From Moniliella sp. 'wahieum' (taxonomy: Eukaryota), in assembly GCA_003971905.1 (NCBI GenBank), contig RSEE01000098.1, forward strand, positions 186,001-227,569: DNA of 41,569 nucleotides. The letters are read 5' to 3'. Every line of letters starts with the position of its first letter. Within the stretch, counting starts at the first letter, position 1. Shown here piece after piece: positions 12,722-24,762 of this stretch. The notes beneath the pieces were generated by a model. It saw only the letters and a list, made by a program, of their open reading frames with translations. It was not told the origin of the DNA and did not search any database. A program made the position numbers and the translations under genes.

Positions 12722-14924
12722 TCACTCCTCCGCCAGACGCTCCATCAGGCGGTCGCGCTTCTTCTTGGCGCTGTTGAACTGCGTCGCAATCAGCGTCGAC
12801 GTCACCCACCCGTCCTCCGGCCACTTCTCCGCGATCTGTGTGGTGTCAGCCGTGTGCCGCGCATCGCCAGCAGACTCACCTTGCGGTACACGCCCTTGCG
12901 CGAGCGGATGTCGCTGATGCCCTCGGTCTTCTCGAGCGAGTGCTTGTCGTTCTGCAGCTCCGTCATCGCATCCCCAATCGTCACCACCAGCCAGATCTCC
13001 TCCTTGTCGTCCTCGCTGAACCGCCACTTCTTCGTCGGGTACGCCTCCCCCTCCGCCCCGGCTGCCACATGCGCCGCCACCGCCGCGCTCCACTCGGCCT
13101 TGTGCTGCGCCAGGCTGCCCTCGGCCCGCGTAACCAGCCGCGCGATCGCCTCCTGCTGCAGGCCCTCGAGCAGCGCCAGCTCCTCCGCAAAGAATTCCCG
13201 GATGGTGAGTTTCTGCGATCGGTTAGCCCCCCCCACGCACGCACGCAAACACAGCACATAACATACCCGCAGCGTAAACCGGTTGTAGGGAAACAGACTC
13301 GGCAGCCAGTCGAAAAAATGTTGTTGTACACGCCCAAATCGAGCGCCAGACGCCACACGCAACAGCGGTTGCTTGAGCGCCGGCGGGAACTTGGATTTGA
13401 CAGCAAAACTTTCCTGCTTGACCAGTGCATACAGCGCCGCCAGGCCCACCACCAGCAACCCGGGCAGCGGCTTGGGGTCGTACGTCCGCTTTTTCGCCCC
13501 GGCCTCGACCGCCTCCGTTGGCAGCTCCACCCGCTCATCGATCCGATGCGCCAGATGCACGAGACAGCCAGGCCCTGCCAGGCCTTTGACCGCCCCACGA
13601 ATGGCCTCCTCCGCTTGCGCCTTGGACTCGGCATCCGGCGGCGCAGCCAGGATGCGCTCCGCCTCGGCCCGGCTGATCTCGACAGCTTCCTTGGCCAGGG
13701 AGGCTTGCGCGTCCACTCCCGTGGGCAGGTTGGGCGGTCGATCTGGATCGGTCCATCTTGCAGCACACGTTCATGCCAGAAGAGCTGGGCGATCGGCATG
13801 GGCCCCGAATCCGTACCTTCCACCCGCAGGGCGGTGGTCATGATCGGAGATAGATTGACGAGGATACTAGGTTCATGGTGTTTGGTAGGCTTGCTGGCCG
13901 GTTCAGGCAGACGCTTCTTTTCTGCGGCGGGTAGGCAAGGTTCGCAGCACCTTGGGAGACGAAAAAGCCGCGCGTACTGCGCGCAAAGTACGTCGGTTCG
14001 TCCACCACCAGCTCCGAGTCGTCGACAAAGGGATCCTTGGTATCGTACGCGCCCACATCGTACGGATCATCCCCTTTTTCTTGCGCTTCTTTTTCTCAAC
14101 CGGATGGCGCGCCAGCAGACCCGCCAAGTCACCCAGATCCTCCATCCCCTCGGGTGCGCGGCAGGCGAGGGCGGCACGATCGGGAGCGATGCCGGGGCGG
14201 ACGTTTGCCCCTCAAACCAAGTGGCCCACTTGTCTCCTTTGGGCTTCAAGTGGGCCACCAGCAGCTTGGGAAAGTCCATGACGTAGGCATCCGGCGTGGT
14301 ATGGTCGGGTCGACGTCAAACGCAAGCGCCATTCGAACCGTCGGCCTGGTAGGCGCCGAGACGGGCATCGCAATCTGGTCCTATCCACCGAAGGCGAGCG
14401 AGCGGCGCGTTTCTTGGTGCCCTTGCGGACTGGTGTGCCGTCTCCTTCCTGATATTGCATGCTCACGTCCGTCAGCATCGGGTCGATGTGAATGGGACTC
14501 GTCGCGTTCATTCCCAGAATCCTCATCCTCGTCCTCGTTCGTCTCGTCCTCTTCATCCTCTTCCCATCCTCATCCCCTTGCTCTTGCTCTTCTCCTCTTG
14601 CTCTTCCCCTTGCTCTTCTTCCTCTTCCTGCTCGTCCTCCTGCGCTTCCTCCTCATCCCCACTGTTGTCCTCCTCCTCCTCCTCCTCGCCAGAAGGCGAA
14701 GCAGAATGGGGCGACGGAGTACCTCCGTTCTGCAGCTCGTGCTCGTCGCGTCGTGGGTCGCCGTTTGCCTCCGCCTCCTTCTCCTGCTCTGCGGGCGACG
14801 CAGAGCGGGTGTGGGAGGGCGAGCGGGAAGGGGAGTGCGCAGGAGAGAGTGGCAATGCATGGGGGCTAGGCTCGTCGGGCTCATCGTCGCTGATGACAAT
14901 CTGCTGCTGGGCATCGAGCGTCAT
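12722..14924 (-). CDS. HPC2: Hpc2/ubinuclein-like HIR complex subunit (HUN domain); introns 12836-12879 and 13213-13266
   Basis: HUN motif YDTKDPFVDDSEL...GFFVSQG preceded by KKKRKKK. Acidic disordered N-terminus from ccgccATG (MTLDAQQQIVISDDE). Ubinuclein-middle-like region FPPALKQPL..LPSLFPYNRFTL. Both GT-AG introns have CTRAC branch points. Confidence 0.8.
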
Positions 14925-16875
14925 GGCGGGATGGCCGCTGGAGCTGGTACGGGTACTGGTACTGGCAAGGGCCATGCTGTGCCGCGCGACAGGCCGCGGC
15001 GGGTGGGGAGCGGGCGAGAGGCGCAGATGCCATGCGCGTAGGCGGGGTCGAGCCGGAGCCGAGAGGGATGGCGGGCATGCCAGCCGGTGGAGGTGCAGAT
15101 GGAGGTGGAGGTGGCGATGGAGGTGGAAGTGGAGATGGAGGGCGAGGTGGAGCAGCAGGCGCGCCCACCGCCGACCTACATCGCTTCCTGCGCTGCCGTC
15201 GGTTGGATGGGCCAGCGCACTGGAATTTGAAAGTTCAACCTTCAATTCCACCACGCGCCCCCAATTTCACATTGGAGCGCGTGGCCGAGCATCGATCATC
15301 AGGCCGTCTGGCAAGGTCACGTGTCGTCATTCGATGGGGCTTTGGATGTGGGCTGCGCCTCACCCCATGTCCGTGCTGTGGGATCTACGAACCCCCCCAC
15401 CTCTTTCGACCGCGCCATCTCCTCTCGCCCCGTCCGCTCTTCTCCATTCCCCATCGCAGTGCGGCCATCGTTGCCCTCCAGGGACGCCTCTTACTCTGTA
15501 CGCAGGCCAAGCTGTGCCACATGCAGGCACCGTGTGTGCTATGCAGATCAAGCGCGAGCTGGACGATGGGGGCCGAGTGACGCGTTCACTTGTACCGTCG
15601 GGGTTTCGACGCAGCGGACGGGACGAGAACCCTCCTCAAGGTAGAAAAGACGATCGCGTTGACACGCTCTTGAGAGCCTGCCTGATCGAATGGGAGAATG
15701 TGGCAGCCCGCTCTACTCGTAAGTCATTGCACCCTACGCACGCGGGCTGCGGCCCACACGAGGTCAACGACTATCTTATTCATTTTGTTGCCCCCCTCTG
15801 GACGCACACCCGAAGAACGAATTTACGACGCAGCGTAAGTGCTGTCTGGAGATGTGGGAGAAGAGACGACAGGAACTGATGAGCAGCTCAGCAACGCGAC
15901 GGGTTTAATGTGGTCGAGCACAACGTCTTTGCGTTCAACTACTCGTAGCTTTCCGCAATCGCATCGGCCTCGTGCGTCTGGCTCCCCGACAAGCAGGTTC
16001 TGATTGGTCTCCAGTGTCGCAGCCTGTTCCTGCTCCTCGCGCAGCAAGTGGGCAAGTGTGGTGCCATATGTCTCGCTGGAACGCATCTTGGCTTGCACCC
16101 CCAGCCAATTCACGCTACGTTTGGTGCATTGCACGAGGCTGGGTGGGAGCCGATCCTCAAGCTCGTGGCCTCATCCGGGACACCCTATCAGGACGAGACG
16201 AGGCGAGGCGTGGGCGGAAGGTGATGAAGCGTTCGGATTGCCGACGAGTGCTACTAGGGCCTGCCAGGTGCATTAGGAGGGTATCAGGAGAATGGATTGG
16301 ATGAGGCGGACCACATCTTGAGGAGGTTGGGCACAAAGGCTGATGAGAGGCGCTGGTTGCGTACTGGACGGAGCTATACCCATGGGAAGTGCAATGCCAT
16401 TGGAACGCCCGAGGGAGAAGGTGCCGTGCTGCTTCGACTGCTGGACCAACTGGTGGGGGATGCGGCAAGAAGGCGAAATAACAGGTAAGCCCTCAGTCGT
16501 ACTCAGGAGCCATATTTTCCTAACCCCCCTGGTCGCTAGCATGCTCCTCCGTCTCCATGTGCGCCACACCCGGATTGAATTAATGGAAGCGAAGGGCAGG
16601 CAGCAGAGTGTGCTGTGACCTGTGCTGATGGCTGCCCCGCTGGATTCCGAATTGGGCTTTGGGAGCCACCAAGCAGCAGCACGCAGCACACGCCCGGATG
16701 AGCGGGCCGGGTTAGGCGCAGCGTTCTCTGTGTCCTCTCGGCTGTAGATGATATACCAGGGCAAAAACAATATATGGCACGTTGCTATCGATGGGCAGGC
16801 CTCGGCTGCGCCACATTCGCCGGCACTTGCAGGTGGCCAGCACGCCGCTTGGGACGAGGCGCCCCCCCCACCACG

Positions 16876-19635
16876 ATGGCCGTGCTGGACGAGCAGGACG
16901 AGCCCGCGCGGCGGCAGCGACGCAACCGCGCCTTTGTCAGCGCCCTCCACCGCCGCCGCCGCACCAGCCCGCGCACCAGCCCGCGCACCAGCCCGCGCAC
17001 CAGCCCGGCACCAGCCCGCGCACCAGCCCCACACCACTCACAGCCCCCGCACCAGCCCGCCCCTGCTCGTCCTGCCCGCCATCCCGACCGCTCCGCCCGG
17101 CCTTGGTCTCTCGCCGCCCGCCCCGCGCTCGCCGCCGACGCACAGACCACCCTCCCGCCCATCCCGCACCCCGCCAGCAGCCTCCCCCCGACCTGCCCTG
17201 CCTCCGCTGCCCCCCGCGCCCCACACCGCCCTTCGCGCCCTCGCAGCCAGTGTGGCCAGCTTGCACGGCACCCTCTCGCGCCCGCCGCCTCGCGTCGAGC
17301 CACTCGTCGCACCACCATCTTTGCCGTGTCGGCCGCCACTGCCACCGCTCCCCCTGCCTCCGCTCGCATCCCCCCCCAGCAACTAGCCGTAGAACGAGCT
17401 TCACCCGTGCACCCCTCGGGTCCCCCCGCTCCCCTGCCAGTTCGCGATGCGCGCCCGCGAACAAGCGCCGCGTGACCCCCGCCAACCAGCCATCGCGGGC
17501 GCCACCCCCCCAGACCTATCCCCATACCGAGGCCTACATCCAGACGCTGGAGCAACTGGAAGGCGAGCGCCCGAGAACGCGGACCGTCGGATCCGTTCCC
17601 TCCCTGCCTCCGCTGCCCGAGGGAGGGTCCTGTGGCCATTCCCTCCTCACCTCCCGCCAGTCCTGCTCCCCGCCACCCGACCACCCTTCCCAGCACGGCG
17701 GCCCAGGGAGGGTCTGCACCCCAAGCCACAGCGGGCCAGCCACGCCGAGGCGGGGGGTCGCGAGCGGAGGGCCGAAGATGCCTTCTCCTTTTTGGATGTA
17801 ATCGAACACGAAGATGGAAGAATCGGCAGTCACGACAGTAGCGTGGCATCCTCCGCTGTCTCTTATTGTTTTCCAGCCACCATACCTCACGTACCCCCAC
17901 CGCCCTCCCCCCACCACCAAGTATACCGCTTCCTGCCGCCCCACGCACAGGCGAGCAAGAGGTCGAACGGTGTCCCACCCCCCTGTGCCTACATCCCAGC
18001 GCATCCAATCCGGCATGGGGCCCCTGGCTCCCGATCCGCTTTCAGCGCGTCCGGCATCGTGGGGTACCCCCACGCGCAACGTCGCTCACCCACACGAGCT
18101 CCACCAGTCCCCACCCTTCTCCCACCGAGCCTTTTATCCCGCACACAACAGCCGCGATGGGGCATCCATTGCGGGGTCGGACTCGCTGGCTGAAGAACCC
18201 CGCGTGAGCTCGGGACAGAGGAGTATACGCTACTCCAGTGGGAGTGCTGCGTCGTGAGCGTGTCGCTGCGTACGTTGGAACGGCCGTTATCCGAAGTGAC
18301 CAACCCTTCCTCCGTTACCCGTCGTCCCTACACGCAGAAGAAAGCAAAGATGTGCTAGAAAGACGACTTGTATGATATGTTTTCTTCTCCGTTGTCTCGG
18401 GTTCAGGTGAGCTTCATTTCCTTGCTTTCCCTTGCTTTGCTTGTTCCACTCAGCCACCACATCCCCGGTATTTGGGAAACGGTGCGAATACTAACGCTTC
18501 CTCTCATCTCTTTTACTCTATACACAGAATTGCAGTTTCAGCGCACCTTTCTCACCTATTACCGTACATTTGCCCCCACGGATCTGTTTCAAGCAATGGA
18601 CGCACGGTGGGACGCCCTCGCCCGGGCCGAACCCGGTCCAGTGGCCCAGCGATCCATGGCCCGCTTGGCCCGCTTTGTTTTGCACTGGGGCCAGACCTAT
18701 CCTTCGGATTTGGCATCGCCTCGGTTTCCGTCCTTGTGTGCGCAAGATGAAAACGCATCCTTCCACGCCCTTGCACGTGCGACACCTGCTTGCCTCGCTC
18801 CCTGCCCCACCCAACCCACCGAACGTGACCTGTGGACTGAACCCCGCCTGCCCCCGCCCATCTGCGTATCCACCAGCCCAGCTGACGTACAGATCTTGCG
18901 AGCGACCGGCACCTTCATCCTCGATCTGTCCTCGCCAACGATCGTCGCCGACACGTTGACCGCACGCGCCGATGCGCTGCTACGCCCCGTGCGCGAGCGC
19001 GACGTGGTGCAGTACCTAGTCACGGGACAGGGCGCCCTACGCGCAGCACGGGACCACCAAACGCGTCTCACCGCCTGGGTCATCGGCTTGGTACTGTCCC
19101 AACCGCGCTCGCGCAACCGAGCGCGCATGGCAACCGCCTTGGTCGCCGTCGCGGATGCCTTGCGCTCGGCTGGCGACTTGTTTTCGTTCGCGTGCGTGAT
19201 GCGCGGCCTGACGGTCGAATCTGTGGCGCGGCTGACGCGCGTGCACAGCGCACTGACTCGCACGCCGTCGTACGCTTTGCTCGTGCAGATTGCGCACGAA
19301 GAGGGCGGGTGGGAGAACCTACTTGATGGGGTACCGCTACCCCGACTTGGAACGCGCGTTGCGCCACCTGGTCGGGCTCGCGCCCCTGACCACGGATACG
19401 GCAACAGTAAGCGCTCGCCACGTGAATTGGCGCGTGGTGCGTCAGTTTGCCCTGGCCGTCAACAGGTTGTGTGCGCCACTGCCGACCTGCGGCGCCACCC
19501 ACCTCGGCCTGTGTGGAAATGGATGCCCTGCTGGGTCGCGTGCCCGGCATGGACGAGGCGACGCAGTGGGCTTATTCTCTCGACGCTGAGCCGGCCCGCG
19601 GTCATGCGGCCCCCCCTCCCGGCCCTGTTGGCTAA
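16876..19635 (+). CDS. Divergent CDC25-type Ras guanine nucleotide exchange factor with a long Pro/Ser-rich N-terminus; probable introns about 18254-18337 and 18407-18527
   Basis: REM-like FQRTFLTYYRTF..FVLHWGQTYPSD. CDC25-like LTAWVIGLVLS..RARMATALVAVADAL..GDLFSFACVMRGL..VARL, VNW and a terminal YSLDAEP. The start and the N-terminal frame are uncertain because of indels. Confidence 0.65.
16962..17058 (+). repeat. 12-bp tandem repeat CACCAGCCCGCG (Arg-Thr-Ser-Pro in the proposed frame)
   Basis: CACCAGCCC occurs six times, mostly at about 12-bp spacing, plus a seventh copy near 17050. Confidence 0.8.
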
Positions 19636-20135
19636 GATCCGATGAGGTGGGATGAGTAATGAGTGGGCATGGGCACTGGGGTCAGCGTACCTCTATGTAT
19701 GTTGTACTTGGTCAGCATTTTTTTCTCTGCAACAAAGGGGGAGGCAATCACGCCGGGTTGTTGTATAGCGTTTCTGATCTGTTTGAGCCACTATTGCCTT
19801 TGCATCATTCCTCTTTCTCCATTTACCCTGATCCCACCATCATCTCCCATCTCTCTTTGTTTGGCTTCCTATGATGGTCTATCTCAAGTGGCTGTATCCG
19901 TGTGGCGTGAATAGTACATCCGCAAGAAAGAGATGATATGGAGAGCGATACAATCATATCAATGCGACATTCGGTTTCGTAACGATGCCCCCTGGAGCCG
20001 AAGCAAACAAAAAAAAAGTGCGACAAAAAAAGAGAGAGAGAAGAAACGAAAAGTGTCCATCCAAAAAGAGCATTTTGTTGAGGCGGCGGGGGGGACAGAA
20101 AAGAGGACAACGTGCATACAGGAGAGCTACCAGGT

Positions 20136-22137
20136 TTACTGGTTGTCTTGCAAAATCAGCTCGGCCCCAATCTCAGCGAGGCCGTACGTGATGGTCATCA
20201 GGTGCTGCGACATGGACAGCGGCGGACGGACGCATCAATCACACGCAAGCCCTCCGTATTGTACACCCGCAACCGCTCGTCCACCACTCCACCGTAGTTG
20301 AGTGGCAACTGGGAACACGACGAGCTGGGGTGGTACTCGGTGCCAAAGTTGGACTGGATGTAGTTGTTCCAATCGGCGTTGGACTGCACCCCGGTTCCAG
20401 GCGAGGATTCTTCACCGGTATAGTCGCTCAGCGGGGCCGACGTGCCAATCTGGCGCGCAAGCTGGCACCCATGCCGCAGGATCTGCAGGTCAATCGTATT
20501 GCGCACATAGGCCGCGTCAATGTCCGGCTTGTCAAACGCATTGGTCGAAGTAATCTTGACTGAACCTTGCGACGTGGGGTGCTGCAGACCACACTGCACG
20601 TTCATGTTACCAAACGAAATCGACCACAAAATTTCCACCGCCGGCACATCCTGCTGGTACACATCCGCAATCTGTTGCAGCGATGCACGGTAGCCTTCCT
20701 TGACCGTCGCGGGCGCATCGTAGTCGTCGACCCACGCGTCGGTGGACGAGCTGATGTTACCAACGATCCGGTCCACGCTCATCAGCTTCGACAGCGGCGT
20801 ATACGCCACTGCACTATTCACAAACGAATCCGTCACCGCGTCGCCCGTCACGCTCTGCGCCGGCATGGCCACCGAACTGTCCTTGGGAGGGAAGGTGACC
20901 GCACCACTCAGATGGTCCTGCAAATGGAACCCGACCCCAGGCACATTCGCCACCTGCGCAATGTTGAGTGGATCCAGCACCGACGAATCCGCCACCCCAG
21001 ACAACTGCAGCAGCTGAGGCGAACCAATCACGCCGGCAGCCAGGATGACCTCCTTGGACGCCATCACGCTGCGCACCTTCGCGCTGGACGACTGGGCAAA
21101 CTGCACCCCGGTCGCACGCGGCGTCGAGCCAGAGGTGTTGAACAAAATTTTCGTGGCCTGGTGCTCGGTGAGAATGTGGAGATTGCCGCGCGCAATCGGA
21201 TCCAGGTAGCCCGTACGCGAAAAGGAACGGGTCCAGTTGCTGGGGTTGATGCTGCTCAAGGAGAGGAAGGGACCCGTGTTATTGCCATTGTACGGATCGT
21301 GGTTGACATTGATGCCAAGCGTGGTCTGGGCCGTCTGGAGGAAGGCGCCAACAGAAGCGTACTCGACGGCGGGCCAGGAATGATGAATGGGGCCAGAGGA
21401 TCCATGGGAGGAGGACTGGTACGGCAACAGCGTGTGCTGCCGCCCCGGTGCTCCCTCGTGCATTTCCCCTTCAATCTTACCGACCGGCGTAAACGTTTCG
21501 GATTTCTTCATTGCGGACAACACATTGTCCCAGCCCCAGAGCTGCTGCGCCTCCTGCCCAAGCGATTCCAGCAGGTTCGCCCATGCAGCTTGCTCCGCCG
21601 CCGGTTGGCGCACCATGTAGAGCCCGTTGATGGCACTGGACCCGCCAAGCGTCTTGCCGCGCGCCCACGGCACCGAGCGCCCTCCCAGACCAGACTGGTC
21701 CACCGTCTTGTACTGCCAGTCGCGCGACGTGCCCACCGAGCTGTCGTACAGATCCGCATTGGGCGTCGTGAGCGAGCTCACATCCAGATCCGCCTCGCCC
21801 GCCTCGATCACAACGACCGAATTGGACGAGTTGGCCGACAAGCGGTTCGCCAGCACCAGCCCGGCCGTGCCACCGCCGACAATGACTGTGGGAAAACGGC
21901 GGAAACCGGACAGGAACAGGTTAGTCTTTGCTTTGTCCAAAACGGGAGGCAGGAGAGACGTACCATAGTCGAAGGTCTGGCCGTCAAACTCGGCTCCGCT
22001 GGTGGAGATGCCGCCCGGGACGGCGCGGGGGGCATAGCGGGTGCGTTGGTTGATTGACGCAGCAGCAGCGGAGCGGCGAGGCGAGGGCGGCGAGCATCAG
22101 CCAGCGGCGGCGGCGGGGAGCAGCGGCGATGAGGCAT
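20136..22137 (-). CDS. Secreted GMC oxidoreductase (AA3; glucose oxidase/dehydrogenase or aryl-alcohol oxidase-like); intron 21886-21963
   Basis: FDY|VIVGGGTAGLVLANRLS FAD-binding motif, GKTLGGSSAING, EVILAAGVIGSPQLLQLSGV, GFHLQDH, EYHPSSSC, GGVVDERLRVYNTEGLRVIDAS and SQHLM. Hydrophobic leader. TATA-like element near 22277-22282. Confidence 0.93.
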
Positions 22138-22669
22138 GGCGCTCAGGAAGAGTGGAGTAGGATGGGGGGGGGGGGGGAGGAGGGAGAGGTGGAGGTGTGG
22201 CGGGCGGTACTTGTAGTCGGGGTGCGATGGCTACTCAGCTGGGTGGCGACCGGTGGGGCCAGAGGTGAGCTGGACTATATACGTCGCGTGTAAACATGTA
22301 CATGTAAACGTAGCTGAGCAGCCAGAGTTGGCCTGTGCGGGCCTGTGCGGGCCTGTGCTGGCCTGCACTGCAACCAAGTCTTATTCATGCGGGCACCGCG
22401 GCTGTGTGATCGGCGCATCGGTCGGAGAGCGGCGTCGGCGTAAGCTGCCACTGGCGCTGTGCTGCCCCGGTCGCCCCAACTCCACCGCCGAACGCCACAC
22501 TGCCTGCAGGGCTTCCGACGACGCCCTCGGGCAGAGGCACTGCAGCGCCCTGCGCCCGCTGCTGATGCACCGAGGCAAGGGGCACTCAGCAGCGCTCAGC
22601 ACCAGTGGCGCCCAGGAGCGACGCTAGCCGGGCCGGCCAGCAGGGTGCACCCAGCTTAAGCTGGTTAAA

Positions 22670-22964
22670 TCTCCCTTCTTATATCGCAGACCCCCTTTTT
22701 ACTTACGTAAAATTACACAAGCATGCCACCTGGCACGTTTCACCCGGCGCGTTCCAGGCGGGCGCAGCCAGGCGGATGCACATGGGTGATAAAATTCCGC
22801 CCGAGGCGTAGTGGTGAATACTATTCCGCTCTCCAGCGTGGAACGGTGGACCGGTGGCTACGGTGGCGAAGGCGGACCCGGTGGCTAAGATGGCGACGGT
22901 GCACCAAGCATCAAGCTGGGGCGAAGCCACAGCTGACCGGGCCGTAGGCCCGGTGGTCTTCTAG
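22670..22964 (+). mobile_element. Non-autonomous Helitron, 295 bp
   Basis: A|TC 5' end (TCTCCCTTCTTATATCGCAGAC). Perfect hairpin ACCGGGCC-GTA-GGCCCGGT (22936-22954) lies 6 nt before CTAG|T. A/T target, no TSD. A second copy is at 24240-24752. Confidence 0.8.
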
Positions 22965-24239
22965 TGTAAGTTAAACGGTAAACGCTAGGGTGTCCTAGCC
23001 AGGGTGCAGTGCTCTGGTGGGGCGATCTGGAGATCGCCCTCGGCGCAATGCAGTCACTCGTCTCATGTCACATGTCACATGTCACATGTCACCCCATGTC
23101 TCTGTGACCTGGCCAAGCCAAGGCAACATGCCGCTGTTATTCCAATGGGTTGTGCACCGCCTCGCCTGCCTCGCTCTCTCCCGCTCATTAGTCCCAGGCA
23201 CTCCTGCTCCGGGCGAGCGTTACGTACAGCGAGGCTCTCAGGTCTCGGATCTCACCATCTGACCACGGTCAGCTGGTCAGGCCCAGGTACCCAGCGCTCA
23301 CCTACTCAGTGCACTCAGCTCAGGCAGACAGCCTCTGCCCTGGCAAGTATATACCCTCCCCAGACCCTGCCAAACCACCGCCTCCGCCGGCAATCTCACA
23401 TTCCTGTAGCCACCCCCGCACGTCCTTCGAACCCGCTGGGCTTGGTGCGCCAACTTGATCTGCTGTCGGTGTGCTTTTGTTGGTGGAGCGAGATGTGTAT
23501 ATCTGGACTACTATTAGCACGAGGTTTATACTGAGGTGATCACGGCAAGGGAATTTTACACGTGACCGTGTCCGAAGAGGCGAAAACAGTTCTGCTATGA
23601 TATATGTCCTTGGAGAGATGTCCCTCTGTAGTCGCTCTGTTCCTGTAGCCAGAGAGCGACTTTGATCAGTCGATCCTGCACGACGCCCTTTTGCATTCCA
23701 GTACGATACTGTTACGATGGTTCATCCTCTGAGATCTGAGCCCTCATACTACTGCGGTCCTGTCTGCCAAAGTGCTTCCCCAATGCGCCCACAGGGGACT
23801 CAACATTCCTAGGCTGTGCTCCTATCGGATGCAGACACCCTGGGCCTCATCCGTATTAGCTACGGGTTTTCCCATTGGTAGGCGCGGTGGGGAACTTCCA
23901 GGCAGGACAATAGCACTTTTGATGACCGAGCCGCGCGTTCACTACTGCAGGACCACGTATAACGGAGCGGGGAGAGGCTTAGTAGCTGGGCTGTCAATCC
24001 GAACCTATAGCTGGGGCTTGGTTTCTAGTTGCGCGATCAAGCGCGTATTGTACCCGCACTAATGCTGTGCGACTTGCCAGGGACCCCCCGTCGCGTCAGA
24101 TGCCGCATTGTGTTCGGCGGGTGGCACATCGGTCGGGTTGGGGAAGGATCTTCTATTACCATATGGCAGGACCCACCAAAAAGTGTGCAACCCTACTGCT
24201 CCCCGACCTGCACGTGACGGGGGCTGGCTGCGCCAAGTA

Positions 24240-24752
24240 TCTTCTTCTACAAATTCATAACGCAGACCCCCTTTTACTTTACGTAAAATTACACAAGCAT
24301 GCCACCTGGCACGTTTCACCCGGCGCGTTCCAGGCGGGCGCAGCCAGGCGGATGCACATCTACAAATTCATAACGCAGACCCCCTTTTTACTTTACGTAA
24401 AATTACACAAGCATGCCACCTGGCACGTTTCACCGGCGCGTCCAGGCGGGCGCAGCCAGGCGGATGCACATGGGTGATAAAAATTCCGCCCGAGGCGTAG
24501 TGGTGAATACTATTCCGCTCTCCAGCGTGGAAACGGTGGACGGTGGCTACGGTGGCGACGGGGAACGGTGGCTAAGGTGGCGACAAGCACCCTCCAGCGT
24601 GGAACGGTGGACCGGTGGCTAAGGTGGCGATGGGGGGAACGGTGGCTACGGTGGGGAAGGCGGACCCGGTGGCTAAGATGGCGACGGTGCACCAAGCATC
24701 AAGCTGGGGCGAAGCCCCAGCTGACCGGGCCGTAGGCCCGGTGGTCTTCTAG
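24240..24752 (+). mobile_element. Non-autonomous Helitron of the same family, with a duplicated 5' segment (second A|TC start at 24359) and an expanded GGTGGCTA minisatellite
   Basis: Starts A|TCTTCTTCTACAAATTCATAACGCAGAC and has the same body as 22670-22964. Two hairpins (AGCTGGGGC-GAA-GCCCCAGCT and ACCGGGCC-GTA-GGCCCGGT) precede CTAG|T at 24749-24753. Confidence 0.8.
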
Positions 24753-24762
24753 TATTACCATA

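Noticed and set aside
12838..14286. 482-aa plus-strand ORF, and similar long ORFs at 11668-12639, 14455-15879, 16785-18008 and 20567-22057
   Set aside because: They are antisense or off-frame shadows of real GC-rich genes, with no recognisable motifs.
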